DNA of 63,936 nucleotides, counting the filler, from Reclinomonas americana ATCC 50394 (taxonomy: Eukaryota): NCBI GenBank assembly GCA_048213135.1. It is 6 parts of 2 records of this genome, joined end to end, with 100 filler letters (N's around TTAATTAATTAA, not from the genome) between each part and the next. Parts side by side here need not be neighbours in the genome. Positions count along the whole stretch, not along the records: positions 15,292 to 27,686 come from PS015339.1; positions 27,787 to 50,385 come from PS015339.1; 4 more parts are not named here. One strand, written 5' to 3'. Below the pieces are notes generated by a model, which had not been told where the DNA came from, made no database searches, and worked only from the letters and a program-made list of their open reading frames with translations. Position numbers and translations under genes: made by a program. Positions 17,783 to 28,785 of this stretch are shown one piece after another (the first letter of the stretch is position 1; every line of letters starts with the position of its first letter).

Positions 17783-20696
17783 TTATCCGGCATACTTCCA
17801 CAAGCGCATGGCGCGCACCCACATGTCACGCTGTGGAGGAGGAGAATGAGTTCCCTTGGGCATCGCAGACAGTGCACCGCACAACTCACCTGACTCTGCG
17901 ACGGCGAGCAGAACACACGCACCGGCAGCCGACTCTCCTCTGTGCATTCGACCTGGAACCAGCTCGTCGTGTAATCAATGTATTCTGTGCGCGTGGTGAA
18001 TGAGAAAACAGACAATATAATATCAGCAGCGGCGGTGAACACAACGATCGGCAGTCAGTGGGGGCGGCGCCGTGTCCAGGCTGACGATACGCGCGATATC
18101 CGAGCGCTCCATGACGATGCGGGAACGACCGCGCTCGTCCTCACAGACGACCAGCACTGCCGAGAAATGGCGGATGAGCACGGAGCGCAAAGACTGCAGA
18201 GACGCCGACGTCGACCAACCGTCGCTGAAGAGAATGAGTTGCACTTGCACCATGTCCGTTGGTCTTTTGATCACCTGCATCCGGATCGGGTTGGACTTGG
18301 CGAGGCCGGACTCGCGCAACACACTGCGGCCCGGCATGACCTACACAGCAACATGACTGAGTGCACGCCGTGAAGACCACCTCTTCTTGCGCGGACAAAC
18401 ACTCACCGGCATGCGCAGTTTCTCCTCGAGCTGTCGAACACCAAGGCCAAGCGTGTTGATCAGCAACGAGTGCTCCGCCCACGCCTGTCTGGCCACCGTG
18501 CACAGTTCGAGCTCCGACTGCACATCCAAGCGGCGACGCTCACCAGCATCCACATACGTGTACAGATTGTGTGGAGTGTTTCGCAGCAAGTCCTCGGCAA
18601 TGCGCCCCTGGTAGTCCATTGCACGGTTGATGACAGCCGGCACGACTGGATCACCGTCACTCTCAGTCAGTCATTGCACGCTCTCTCCCACACACACACT
18701 GTCGAGTCGCAACTTTTCAGTGCATCGATGCGCGGATCACGCTCGTTTTCTCTGACAAAGTCGGGATTGCACTTGTCAAGCGCAACAATCATGTCTGTTG
18801 ATGCACACCCATGAGTGTTGATGACATAGAGGAATACGTGGAGTGGCGCCACACACACCTTGAAACTCTCTGACGTACTGCCCGTAGGCAGCATTGGCGG
18901 GCAGATGACGGGGAATGTCGAGGAGAATGCGTCCGACTGGAAGTTCCTGATTGAGCTGCTCCCACCACGCTGGATCGCCCTCCACGCCGTTGCAGTCGCG
19001 CAGACGCTGCAGCGCGCCCTCCAGCGGTGCGAATCGTCGAATCATGCCCCGACGCTCCTCCGCGTCGGCCTACATGCGGCGACGAAAGAGCAGACAGAGG
19101 TGCGTGAGCGACACAAGAGACAGCGACACTGCGGCACCAAAGAATTCACCTGCAGCAGCTGGAAGAACAGGCGCATTTGTGACCTGGTCTGCGCATCGGC
19201 GGTGTCATCGGCATCAATAATGTCGATGAATGCAACTCGTCGCTCGCGAATAAACTGTCGACGAGAAGTGAGCGCATGCAATGGCTGCCGAGTCACCGGC
19301 GTGCGCCACGCACCTGATCACACAGTCGCACAATGTCCATCTCGTCGTCCACCATTCGCCGAATGAGCTGCGCACCGCAAGATAAGTCCTATGCCACCGT
19401 GGCGACATGCAGCGCGGTACGCAACTCGTGCACGATTGCGCAGTTTCTCGAGTCGACGACACAAATCCGCCGACGCGGGCGCCGGTCGCTCCGCCGCACT
19501 CCGCAATTGGTGCAATCGGAGAGCATTCCACGTGGCCGTCACGTCGTCCATCCTGCGCCCACCACCGTTAGCATCTGATGATACTCACTGCTCCCCGACA
19601 CTCCCGTAGCGCACCATTCTGCTGGGCTCGCCATCAGCTCATCCAGGTGGTCCCTGAGTGACGTGCTCAGCTGCGTGATCTCAAACCCGATGCGATCCTC
19701 CGGCAAGTAGTCTGTGCCGTCCAGCTGACTGCGATCGAACTTTGTCGCCAAAGACAGTGAATCTCGGCACACAAAAGTGGAGAAAGCGCGAAGGCGACTG
19801 GCGCACTCACCGGAGGCACAAACAAGACACGCAATCGATCGCGCTCCATCAGTCCCAGGTCATGCAGCAGAACACCGACAACCTGAGAGGCATTGTCGAA
19901 CTCTTGCATGACTTCGCGGCGCATCACTCGCGGATCCGTCGACACGACCATCACGCGAGGCAGCGTCTTGAGTGTGCCAATCTGCAGACAAAAATAGTGC
20001 GTGTGTGAGTGGACAGCTGATGGCGAAACACCCGGAGCCAAAAGACCTCTTTCAAAGCACTCAGAGCAATGTTGCAGAGCAGCACGAGGTCCGCCATGTC
20101 GGCCACATGCAGAATCAGCAAATGGGAGACACTGGAGATGAGTGTGGCCACGCTCAGCGCTCCTCTGCAGTGGCGGAAAAAAGGGCAGTGAGTGACTGAC
20201 ATTTGTCGATGGGGGAAAACCAGACTCAACTCGGCTGGCGACTTGCCCTCCTGGCGCACGTCGGTGAGTGCTGGAGCCGACATGACAAAGACATCGGAGT
20301 TGGGCCGGCTGACGCCAGGAGTGGCGCACATGCCAGCCGACAAGAAGACGCCGGGTTGTGGGGCGTCCTCGTCGAAACGCGTCCCGAACATGAAATTGAG
20401 AAGCGAAGATCTGTGCGCACGGGAGGAAGTGAGTGCGCGATGTGCTGCTCACATTCGGCGGGTGCGACACGCAACTGTGGCCCATTCTTCACACCCAGTG
20501 CTCCGACAGAGAGCACACGAGGTGTCTCGTCCAGGCCGCCGCCGCCAAGCGCGACGTCCAGCTGGAAGTAACTCCAACTGGGCGGTGGAAGTCGATTGGC
20601 GAGCAGGCAACTGGTGGCGGCCAGTGCCAGGCGGTGCTCCACTGGCTCCACCGCGCCACCCAGCACGCGCATGTGGCCAATATCTTCGACCCACAT
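17783..20696 (-). CDS. Degenerate RHD3/GBP/VLIG-like P-loop domain + DH(RhoGEF)-like + PH domain protein
   Basis: Spliced VLSVGALGVKNGPQ|SSLLNFMFGTRF resembles G1. DH-like: VGRILL...YGQYVREF, DLLRNTP. PH-like: PGRSVLRESGL, QLILFSD|VLVVC, FCSPSQSQ|RDMWVRAMRLW*. Start codon uncertain. Confidence 0.7.
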
Positions 20697-20893
20697 CTGA
20701 TACGAACTCAAAATAATGTCTATCTGCCGAGCACGATGTCAGCAAGTGTCTGAAGACATGACGGAGGGGTGGCGATGCATACCGAAAATGCAGTCTCCAA
20801 GTAGGCCGGTGAATTGTGATCGCTCGACTCCATGATCTCACGGAATGACTGTCGTGGAACAGAGGTGAGAACACTGCAACCAAACATTGGAAA

Positions 20894-23800
20894 TCACCGG
20901 CTATCCATGTAAAACGCAACAAGAATTTCGTGCCAAAATGCATCGATGCTGCATCGTGGGCTCGCTTCGGCGGCGACGGTGAACTCCGACAAGATGGCCT
21001 GCACGTGCCGACACACGGCACACACGTCGCCGACGCCGCTAAATGCAGCGCAGAGCTCTTGCAAAAACAGCCGCGCTGGCTCCGACAGTCGACTCTGTGT
21101 CACCTCGCCAAACTCTGCTGGAGGAACGTAAACGGCAGGTGACGGTGACATGTCTCCCGGATGGTCCGACTGTCGCACCGCACTCCGGTATCCTCGTCTC
21201 TGTGCGCACACCCAGCTGAGTACGTGCACAGCTTGAAGAACGAGGACGATTCGCGCACCAGCAGCAACGGCGTGGCGAGTTGCGTGAATGGAAACAATGG
21301 CACTCCTTGCCGTACAGCAGTGTCAATGGCCTCGGGCAGGCGCTGCGCCACAAACATCTCCGGGCTGCGCTGCAACACCAAGTCCGGTTCCTGCGACTGG
21401 TCACCGAGTGCAGCCATTTCTGCGCGAATGACATCAGCCTCCGCCAGCGTCGTGGCCAGGTCGGCAGCGTGGCTGGGGCCTTGCGCTTCCAGGCGTCGAC
21501 TGCGAGCCACCAACACGTCGACTCGGCGGAACAAGTCCGCCGCCTGTCGTCTGTACATCAAGACACGATCGCACTTTTCCTTGCTGCGCTTGGCAAAGTC
21601 TTCCATGTCGGCCAGGTGATCGAGTGTGGCGTCAATCTGCGGCACGCAATGATCAGAAAGAAGAACAAACACGCAGAAGAGCGCGAGAGCATCCCACGCA
21701 CCTCGCGTGCCACATGGCTCAGCGCCACGTAGATGCTGCAAATGGTGTCGGCGTTGCCGAGACTCTGCAAGTCGATGAGCCAACGAGCCACCAGTACAAG
21801 TAGTGATTGATGCAAACCTGCTCAAGTGTAGCCGCCTCCAGCGCCAGCGTGTCACGCCACTGCAACACGTCGGTGCGCAGCAGCATCCACTGTGTGCGCT
21901 CAATGGACATTCGCAGGGTTTCCCGATGCTCGCTACACCATGTTGCAGCGATCTCGTACAACCCTGCACGAAACACCACACCGTCAGCGTGCTGCTGACG
22001 AAATGCAGTCGAGATGGAGCGTACACGCACGAGATGGATCCACCGCATCGGCTGACGACAGGCCGGCAACCAAATCCCCAAACGTTTCGGCAAAGTGCCG
22101 CAACGCCGTGCGCACTTCGTCTTGCAGTCCCCGCAACCAGCGCAGATCGCCGACCACGTCCTTCAGGAGTTCATCAGCCTTTTGCACCGCGCGTCGGCAC
22201 GCCGCAGCGCGCAGTTCACCCAGGCCACGAATCTCAAGTGTAATGTGGCCATTGGCGCGCGCCACTGCACTCGACAACTGGTCCAACACCGTGTCTGCCT
22301 CGCTCGTCAGCCGTCCCACATCGCAACGCAGTTGTGAGATGCGCTCCGTTGTCATGGTGAATCGTCGGCCCGTGCGAGCGCGCATTGGATTCAGCTGCAG
22401 AGATGGTGAGATGGGGGAAGAGAGATAGAGAGGGGGATGAAGGGGCAACGCAACTCGACCGGTTGACTGCAATCGCACGAGCCAGTGACTGGTCTCCAGC
22501 ATGCATGCGGCCTGTGCACGCATCGTGCTGACTGCACGCAAGCCATGCACCATGCGGCGCATATCAGCGCTGCCGGTGAGCGCCGTGTAACGCTCCACCA
22601 CGACATTGGCGTCGGGCTCGGCGCTCAGTGGTGGGAACTGCGGTGCCGGCGGAGCGCGAATGTACATTGTCATGATGCGGTCAAACTGCGCGCGTGGTGT
22701 GCGGTGAGCAGAAGAGGAAGAAGAGGAAGAGCGATGGCTTCCAACACAGACCTCCCGCGCAAAGTGGGGCATGAGGTCGTCCTTGCGACGCAGCACAATG
22801 CGCACGTCGGTGAGCGACGAGCGCGCTCCGTATGAGGTGCCGAAAAAGTGCGCAATCGAGCGCAGCATGACCGTGGCCACGGAGCTCACCGGAAACTCTG
22901 CAGGCGCTGGAATGAGCGATTGCCTATGCGGTGATGATGAAATGAGCACGCACGAGCGAATCCACAGCCAATGGCCGGGAACGAGATCGACTCGCAATCC
23001 TGCTCGGTGGCCTCCTCCAGGCAGCGGAGAATACACAAACCGAGCAACTCCTCGTTCTCCGACAGCGACAGCGGTGGTGCGTCGCGACCAGGCAACTGTG
23101 GACCGCCTGAAACACACATAAGAGCAGAGCGAAACACGGAACGCATTGCGAAGGAGGAGGATCGCGATCGCAACAAGTGTGCACGACCCACAGAATTCCG
23201 CGTCGTGAGGCCAGCTGTGCGCCTCCTCGCGCGATGAAGGCCTGCAGATAGATCGTCAACAACCCCTACACAACCTCCCCATCACGTCACCCACAACGCA
23301 CTCTTCCCGGCTCCAGCTTCCCATCCGTGGACGCCTGCGCCAAGCCCGCCATGGCATTGGCGACCAGCTCACTGCCACCGGCCGCCTCCAACGCGCGACT
23401 GACGCCACCCGCAAAGACTAGGTTGACATTGGACGGATTCACCGTCGCATGCACTGGGAACTCGAGCAAGTCGCCGTCGTACAGCTGATGGACGATTAGG
23501 GATCGAATGCATCTGTGTTGTGTGGATTTCTCTCACCTGAATGCGCCGTCCTTCGCAGGTGATGAAGCGGCGCACTGCAGGACTGCGCAGGGCGGTGGGG
23601 GCGACCGAGAAGCCACCGAAATCCGCGCCGCCCTTCGACGTCGATTCAACCAAGCGCGCAAACATCATCGACGGCAGCAGCAGTGCCGGCTGTGCGCCTT
23701 CGTCTCCAAGTGCCGGCTGTGCGCCTTCGTCTCCAGCCCCCACTGCGACTCCTTGCGCTCCTCCTCCTCCTCCGCTGCCTGCCACTGCGCCTCCTATCAC

Positions 23801-23971
23801 ACTGCCTCCGTCCTCCGCCGAGGCCAGCATGAGTCCGGCGACGCATTGTGCGGCAATGTTGTTGGAGACAATGACCGAGCGTGCAGAGTCGAGTGAGTTG
23901 CGATGGGAGCCCTCTCGCCGAGGCGAGGGTGGGGGTGAGGGGAGCGCCAGGTGGCTTTGGCCGGCGCCCAT
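20894..23971 (-). CDS. Macrodomain protein with N-myristoylation motif and long helical C-terminus
   Basis: Starts MGAGQS. Macro motifs: RRIQ|LYDGDLLEFPVHATVNPSNVNLVFAGGVSRALEAAGG, WVVHT, SISFPAIGCGFA|QFP, LTDVRIVL. Last exon RRGYRS...AFYMDSR* follows a 59-nt intron. Confidence 0.85.
23682..23735. repeat. Exact 27-bp tandem duplication encoding GDEGAQPAL twice
   Basis: agtgccggctgtgcgccttcgtctcca occurs twice in tandem. Confidence 0.95.
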
Positions 23972-24259
23972 GACTCGGAGATCGCAAAGCTGGAGTCCTG
24001 TGTCGTGTTGGTGTCCTCTGCGTTTCTAAATGGGGAAGCTTGAGCACAGCGGCAAGAATAGCTCCGCTGCCGTCGGGAGGACCACAGCAATGCACGGGAA
24101 TTGGCGGCAGAGGAGGACGTCTGCGACTTCGATTTCGAATTTGATCGACGATCGATCCTGGACCATGAAGACTGCGCCTTGGCATCACGGCCTTCTGATC
24201 CCTTCCGTACAACCCTTCTTCACTGGTTGATGCAGGAGGAAAAAGTAAAAATAAGAAGC

Positions 24260-24275
24260 AAAAAAAAATCAAAAA
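24260..24275 (-). terminator. Pol III oligo-T terminator of tRNA-Glu
   Basis: T5 and a longer T run just downstream of the tRNA on the minus strand. Confidence 0.75.
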
Positions 24276-24282
24276 GTAAGGA

Positions 24283-24355
24283 CTCCCCGACCGGGAGTTG
24301 AACCCGGGTTTGCAGTGTGAGAGACTACTGTCCTAACCGCCTAGACTATCGGGGA
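24283..24355 (-). tRNA. tRNA-Glu (anticodon CTC)
   Basis: TCCCCGA...TCGGGGA(G) acceptor stem, D arm TAGTCTAGGCGGTTAGGAC, anticodon arm GTAGT-CTCTCAC-ACTGC, T loop GGTTCAACTCC; followed by T runs. Confidence 0.96.
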
Positions 24356-24398
24356 TCACACATTCATCTCCTCGATCCATGGTAGATCACGTCTGGCC

Positions 24399-25463
24399 AT
24401 GGCCACGAGAGAGGTGCGCGGCCACTCGGGCTCCGTGTCGACCGTGACCGTCTTGGCATCACCGCCGCTCCTCGTCACCGGCAGCTGGGACAGCACCATT
24501 CGTGTGTGGTCGTGTGGCGGCGATCAGGACACTCACGAGCTGCACGAGCTCGCCGATCACGACGACGCCGTGCTGTGCGTGTGCCTCGACACGCGCAACA
24601 AGGTGGTGTTCTCCGGCAGCAGCGACGCCACACTGTGTGCGCACTCGCTGGAGAGTGGCGAGCTGTTGTCGCACCAGCCGATGCCAGAGTCGATCTTGTC
24701 AATGGCGTGCGACGAGAAGCGCCTGGTGATCGGTGACTCACGTGGCGACGTGCACGTGTGGGCGCTGGAGAGTCAGCAGCAGATGCAGCGATTGCCACGG
24801 TGGTGCACAGAAGACGAGCTCGAGGAGGTGCATGTGAACGCCGTGGCGATCATGGAGGAGGATGATCTGCTGGTCGCCGCCTATAGCGACGGCTGCATAC
24901 GCGTGTGGTCGCTGTTGCTGCTGCAGCGAGGCCACATCGCGCACTGTCTGCGCGGGCACACGCAATCGGTGAACGCGGTGGCGGTGTGCACGCCGGGGAG
25001 AGTGATCAGTGGCGGTCAGGATGCGACTGTGCGCGTGTGGTCGCTGGAGAACGACGAGGAGGAGGTGTGTCGTCGATGCGTGGGGCACGAGGGCACAGTG
25101 CGCGCAGTGGCAGTCACCACCGATCGCCGCTTCGTGGTCAGTGGCGCGGCCGATGCCACTGTGCGCATGTGGTCGCTGCTTCGCGATGGGGAGCAAGTGG
25201 CGTGCTTTCGCGGGCACACGCGTGGTGTGCTGACTGTGGCGGTGATGCCCGACAATGCGCACGTGGTCAGCGGCAGTCACGACACCACTGTGCGACTGTG
25301 GCGCACCACCAGCGCGTACGCGTACGAGGAACTGTGGGCGGCTCGCGCGGCTGCGCAGGCGGTGAGCGACTGTGAGGCACGCTGTCTGCCGGAGACCGTC
25401 CTGCGCTGCTTCATTGTCGAGGAGGCGCAGGTGGTGTGGTGGCGATCGATGCGCGACGATTGA
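24399..25463 (+). CDS. Intronless WD40 protein (~7 repeats) with the conserved C-terminal module
   Basis: Single ORF with GH...WD-type repeats; tail YEELWAARAAAQAV...RCLPETVLRCFIVEEAQVVWW. Confidence 0.93.
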   Translation: MATREVRGHSGSVSTVTVLASPPLLVTGSWDSTIRVWSCGGDQDTHELHELADHDDAVLCVCLDTRNKVVFSGSSDATLCAHSLESGELLSHQPMPESILSMACDEKRLVIGDSRGDVHVWALESQQQMQRLPRWCTEDELEEVHVNAVAIMEEDDLLVAAYSDGCIRVWSLLLLQRGHIAHCLRGHTQSVNAVAVCTPGRVISGGQDATVRVWSLENDEEEVCRRCVGHEGTVRAVAVTTDRRFVVSGAADATVRMWSLLRDGEQVACFRGHTRGVLTVAVMPDNAHVVSGSHDTTVRLWRTTSAYAYEELWAARAAAQAVSDCEARCLPETVLRCFIVEEAQVVWWRSMRDD

Positions 25464-25482
25464 ATAGAAGGCAAGGACACCA

Positions 25483-26990
25483 ATGGGACAACTCGCTTGC
25501 ATGGAGGCCTTTTCTCGCGCGCAGGCCACCCTCCGGCACCTGCTCCAGCTGTCGCACAAGGAGGCTGTCGCGCTTGCCCGGCGGCAGTGTGTGATCATGG
25601 TGCGTTGTCTCGCTCTTTCTCACTCACTCTCTCAATCACTCACTGGAGAGCAGATGGACGTAGACTTGCCGCCAGTGGATCGCCTGAACGCTGCACTGGT
25701 ACTGCGCGAGTGGATTCGGCATCGAGAGGATGATGATGATGATGATGATGATGAGGAAGATGATGGTGATGATGACAGTGTGATCGCGTTGCTGCGAGGT
25801 GCGCGACCCGACGATCCGTCGACGCTGGTGCAGAGCGAGTACTGTCACGTGCTGCGAGCAATGTGCAAACAACACGGTGCGGCTGCTGTGGCTGCAGCGA
25901 TGGGAAGGGAGACAGTGTTGGAGACCATGAGTGCGCGATGGCCGTCGCATGGTGTGGATGTGTATTACCACGGAGACGCGGCGTTGCGGCTGGTGCAGAC
26001 GTGTTGTGCGGAGACCTCGGCGGCGCTTGCGTGGCTGGAGCGCACGGTGGAGCAGTATGTGCCGCTGCGGGCGGTGATTGCTGACGAGCGAGGTGACGAT
26101 GGGGAGGAAGACAGCAGCTGCAGCGTGTGCATGACTCCTGTGGTGGCGGAGCGATTGCTCTTTCGACGATACATGTTGGCGCTGGTGGCAGTGTGCGGAG
26201 GAGCAGTCAAGGGAGAGGATGTGTGGCGGCGAGTTGGACTGTTGTTGGAATCACTGGCTGGTTCGTCTCTCCTCTTCCGCTCCTTTATCTTCACTGCTCA
26301 TCTCCTCCATCGACGCAGCACGGTGTCCGAGCTCTGTGAGTGGTCTGCACGCCGCCATGGTTCGCGAGTTCAGCCGAGCCGATCATCACATGGTGGCACT
26401 CGCGCACCAGCTGCTGGAGATGCGAAGCGCCGTGCAAGAGTTGTGTCTCGCTTTGCGTGTCGGTGTATGCTCGGCGACTGACACCAACCGCCTGCGCAGT
26501 GAGCACGCCGCGCAGTTGATCGATCGCTACCTGTGTCCACTGCGCTTGCTGGTCGGCTTTGTGCGTTCCATCGGCTTTGACATTGCCGTGTGGATCGAGC
26601 TACTCATGTCGAGCGAGGGGGTGAGTCCTTGGTGTATTCTTTTGTTGCCAGCTCCGTGCTCACTTCCTTCTCCATTGCAGACCTCGACGTTGGAGCTCAC
26701 GGTCCGGTGCGCTCTGCATGCATGCATGCATCTTCCCCTTCCTGGCGATCCACTCACTCACTCCACTACCGCGCTGCAGTCTGGTCAACACCATGCTGGC
26801 CGCTCCGCCCTGGTGCACAGCCGCGCTCGCCGAGTTGCCAGCTGCCGACGTTGCCTCATTTCATCAATTTCTCGCCGCACTCCATCGACGCCTTTCCACG
26901 CTCTCCGAAAGGCACTTGTTTCCCTACAATATCGCCCCTCTTGTGCGCAAGCTGGGCCACCTTGTCGAGGCGACGACATTCAAGCAGTGA
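25483..26990 (+). CDS. LINS1: Protein Lines homolog
   Basis: PLRLLVGFVRSIGFDIAVWIELLMSSE|TSTLE resembles the Lines IGFDxxVLLDFLISxET motif; LSERHLFPYNIAPLVRKL resembles the Lines_C LFPYN motif. Confidence 0.8.
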
Positions 26991-27068
26991 ACGTCGCTAC
27001 TTGTCCTGTTGCTCGTTTCGAGATCAAGGTGGAGAGAGAGCACGCACGCCAGCACCGCCGCTGCCACC

Positions 27069-27637
27069 ATGTCTCTCAAGCTGCAGCAAACGAATGGCGT
27101 CAAGGTCAGTGCGCTTTGTTTTTCTCGTGTCGTGTGTTGGGGTGAGCGTGTGTGTGTTGGCCATGTGCACATTCACATCAACAACACACACAGGTCTACA
27201 ATCTCACCTCGACGCGCACCGCTCCCCAATGGGAGGCACTGAAGAAGAAGGGCAAGGGTGCACAACGGAAAGACGAAGGTCTGTGTGCGATAACATAAAA
27301 CATATGATCACTCTCCACCAAGCCCTCACTCTCCTTGTCTCCAGAGTTCCTGCGACGCATCGACCTCATTCAGCACTTTGAGTTCCCGGTGACCTCGCAG
27401 CGCGTTCGTGTGTCCCCCGATGGGCGATACATTGTGGCCACGGGCGTGTACAAGCCGCAAGTGCGCTGCTTTGAGTGCTCGCAGTTGTCGATGAAGTTTG
27501 AGCGGCACATGGACGCCGAGTGCGTGCAGTTCACCTTTCTCGGCAACGACTTTCGCAAGCTGGTCTTCCTGCAGGCCGATCGCACGTTGGAGTTTCACGC
27601 GCAGTACGGTCGTCACTATTCCACGCGCATCCCCAAG
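27069..27637 (+). CDS. NOL10: Nucleolar protein 10 / Enp2, 5' part (3' truncated by scaffold end)
   Basis: NGVK|VYNLT...RRIDLIQHFEFP...SPDGRYIVATGVYKPQVRCFECSQLSMKFERHMD...LQADRTLEFHAQYGRHYSTRIPK. Confidence 0.95.
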
Positions 27638-27686
27638 GCACATACATGATCCACCCTTGTCTGTCAGTGTCTCTCTCTTCTCGTCG

Positions 27687-27786
27687 NNNNNNNNNNNNNN
27701 NNNNNNNNNNNNNNNNNNNNNNNNNNNNNNTTAATTAATTAANNNNNNNNNNNNNNNNNNNNNNNNNNNNNNNNNNNNNNNNNNNN
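27687..27786. other. Artificial scaffold linker
   Basis: N44-TTAATTAATTAA-N44. Confidence 0.97.
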
Positions 27787-28785
27787 TGGCCAACAAGGGC
27801 ATTCTCGACGTGTTGAAGACCATCAACGTGCCGGAGAAGTTCAAGGCCGAGATGGAGGCCGTCAAGCGCGCTCGCCAGGAGCTGGACGAGAAGATGAAGC
27901 GGCAAAAGGTCAAGGTCAAAAAGCTCAAGACCATGTACGAGCAGCAAATGGCGCTGGACAAGGGTGAGTTTTCTTTCGGCGACTTTCTTTTTTGTTGTTC
28001 TCTTATTTACTAATGGTTTTTGTGGCCGCACAGCGGGTGAGCTGGACGACAAGGGCAAGGCGCAGCTGCAAGACATTAAGAAGATGCTGTCAAAGGAGCT
28101 GAAGCTGATGAAGCACTACAAGGAGGAGCGCATGGAGAAGAAGAAGGACGAGGTGCGCCTCAACATGGCGCAGCTGGCGGCGGAGAACAAGAGCATGCAG
28201 GATGCGATGATGGACGACGCTCGTGAGCAGCTGCTGCACGAGTACAAGGAGCAGATGGAGCGCGAGAAGCAACGCATGCGCGCCGAGCTGGAGACGGAGA
28301 TCCGCACGTCGGCCAGCGAGCCGGGCGGAGCGGAGATGGTGCCGATTGAGGAGTACCATGATTTGCAGCGCGCCATGATTGAGGAGCGCACCAAGAACTC
28401 GGTGCTGATGAAGGAGCTGGAGATGATGGAGGAGTACCGTGACGATTTGCTGGAGAAGCTGGAGGACGCGAGCATGGTCACGGATTTGCGATTGGAGATG
28501 CAGCAGGTGCGTGATACACGCACACAAGATGAGGCTGTGGTGTTTCTGTTGACTGACCGACTGACTGTGTGTGGCCACGCGCAGATCCACCAACTGCAAG
28601 TATTCAAAAAGTACCGCGAGTTCTTTGACGAGGGCAAGAAGAAGCTGGAGCGCAGATACATGAGCCTGCTCGAGTCGTCGGTGCAGGATATTTTGAAGGC
28701 GCAGAACCGGTGTGCCGAGCTGGAGGCCGAGGTGGCAGACCTGAAGCAACTGGTGGCGGCCTACCAACAACCTCCGCGGAGATGA
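27787..28785 (+). CDS. Coiled-coil protein, 3' part (possibly a kinesin-like tail)
   Basis: K/E/M-rich heptads over three exons, ending VFKKYREFFDEGKKKLERRYMSLLESSVQD...QQPPRR*. The kinesin link is only a recollection. Confidence 0.75.

Noticed and set aside
20894..21152. Segment resembling a malate synthase N-terminus (LSEPARLFLQELCAAF)
   Set aside because: Better explained as the last exon of the macrodomain gene via a 59-nt GT-AG intron; no other malate synthase motifs follow.
24738..25598. Long antisense ORFs over the WD40, coiled-coil and IFTAP genes
   Set aside because: Shadow ORFs expected from GC-rich codon usage.
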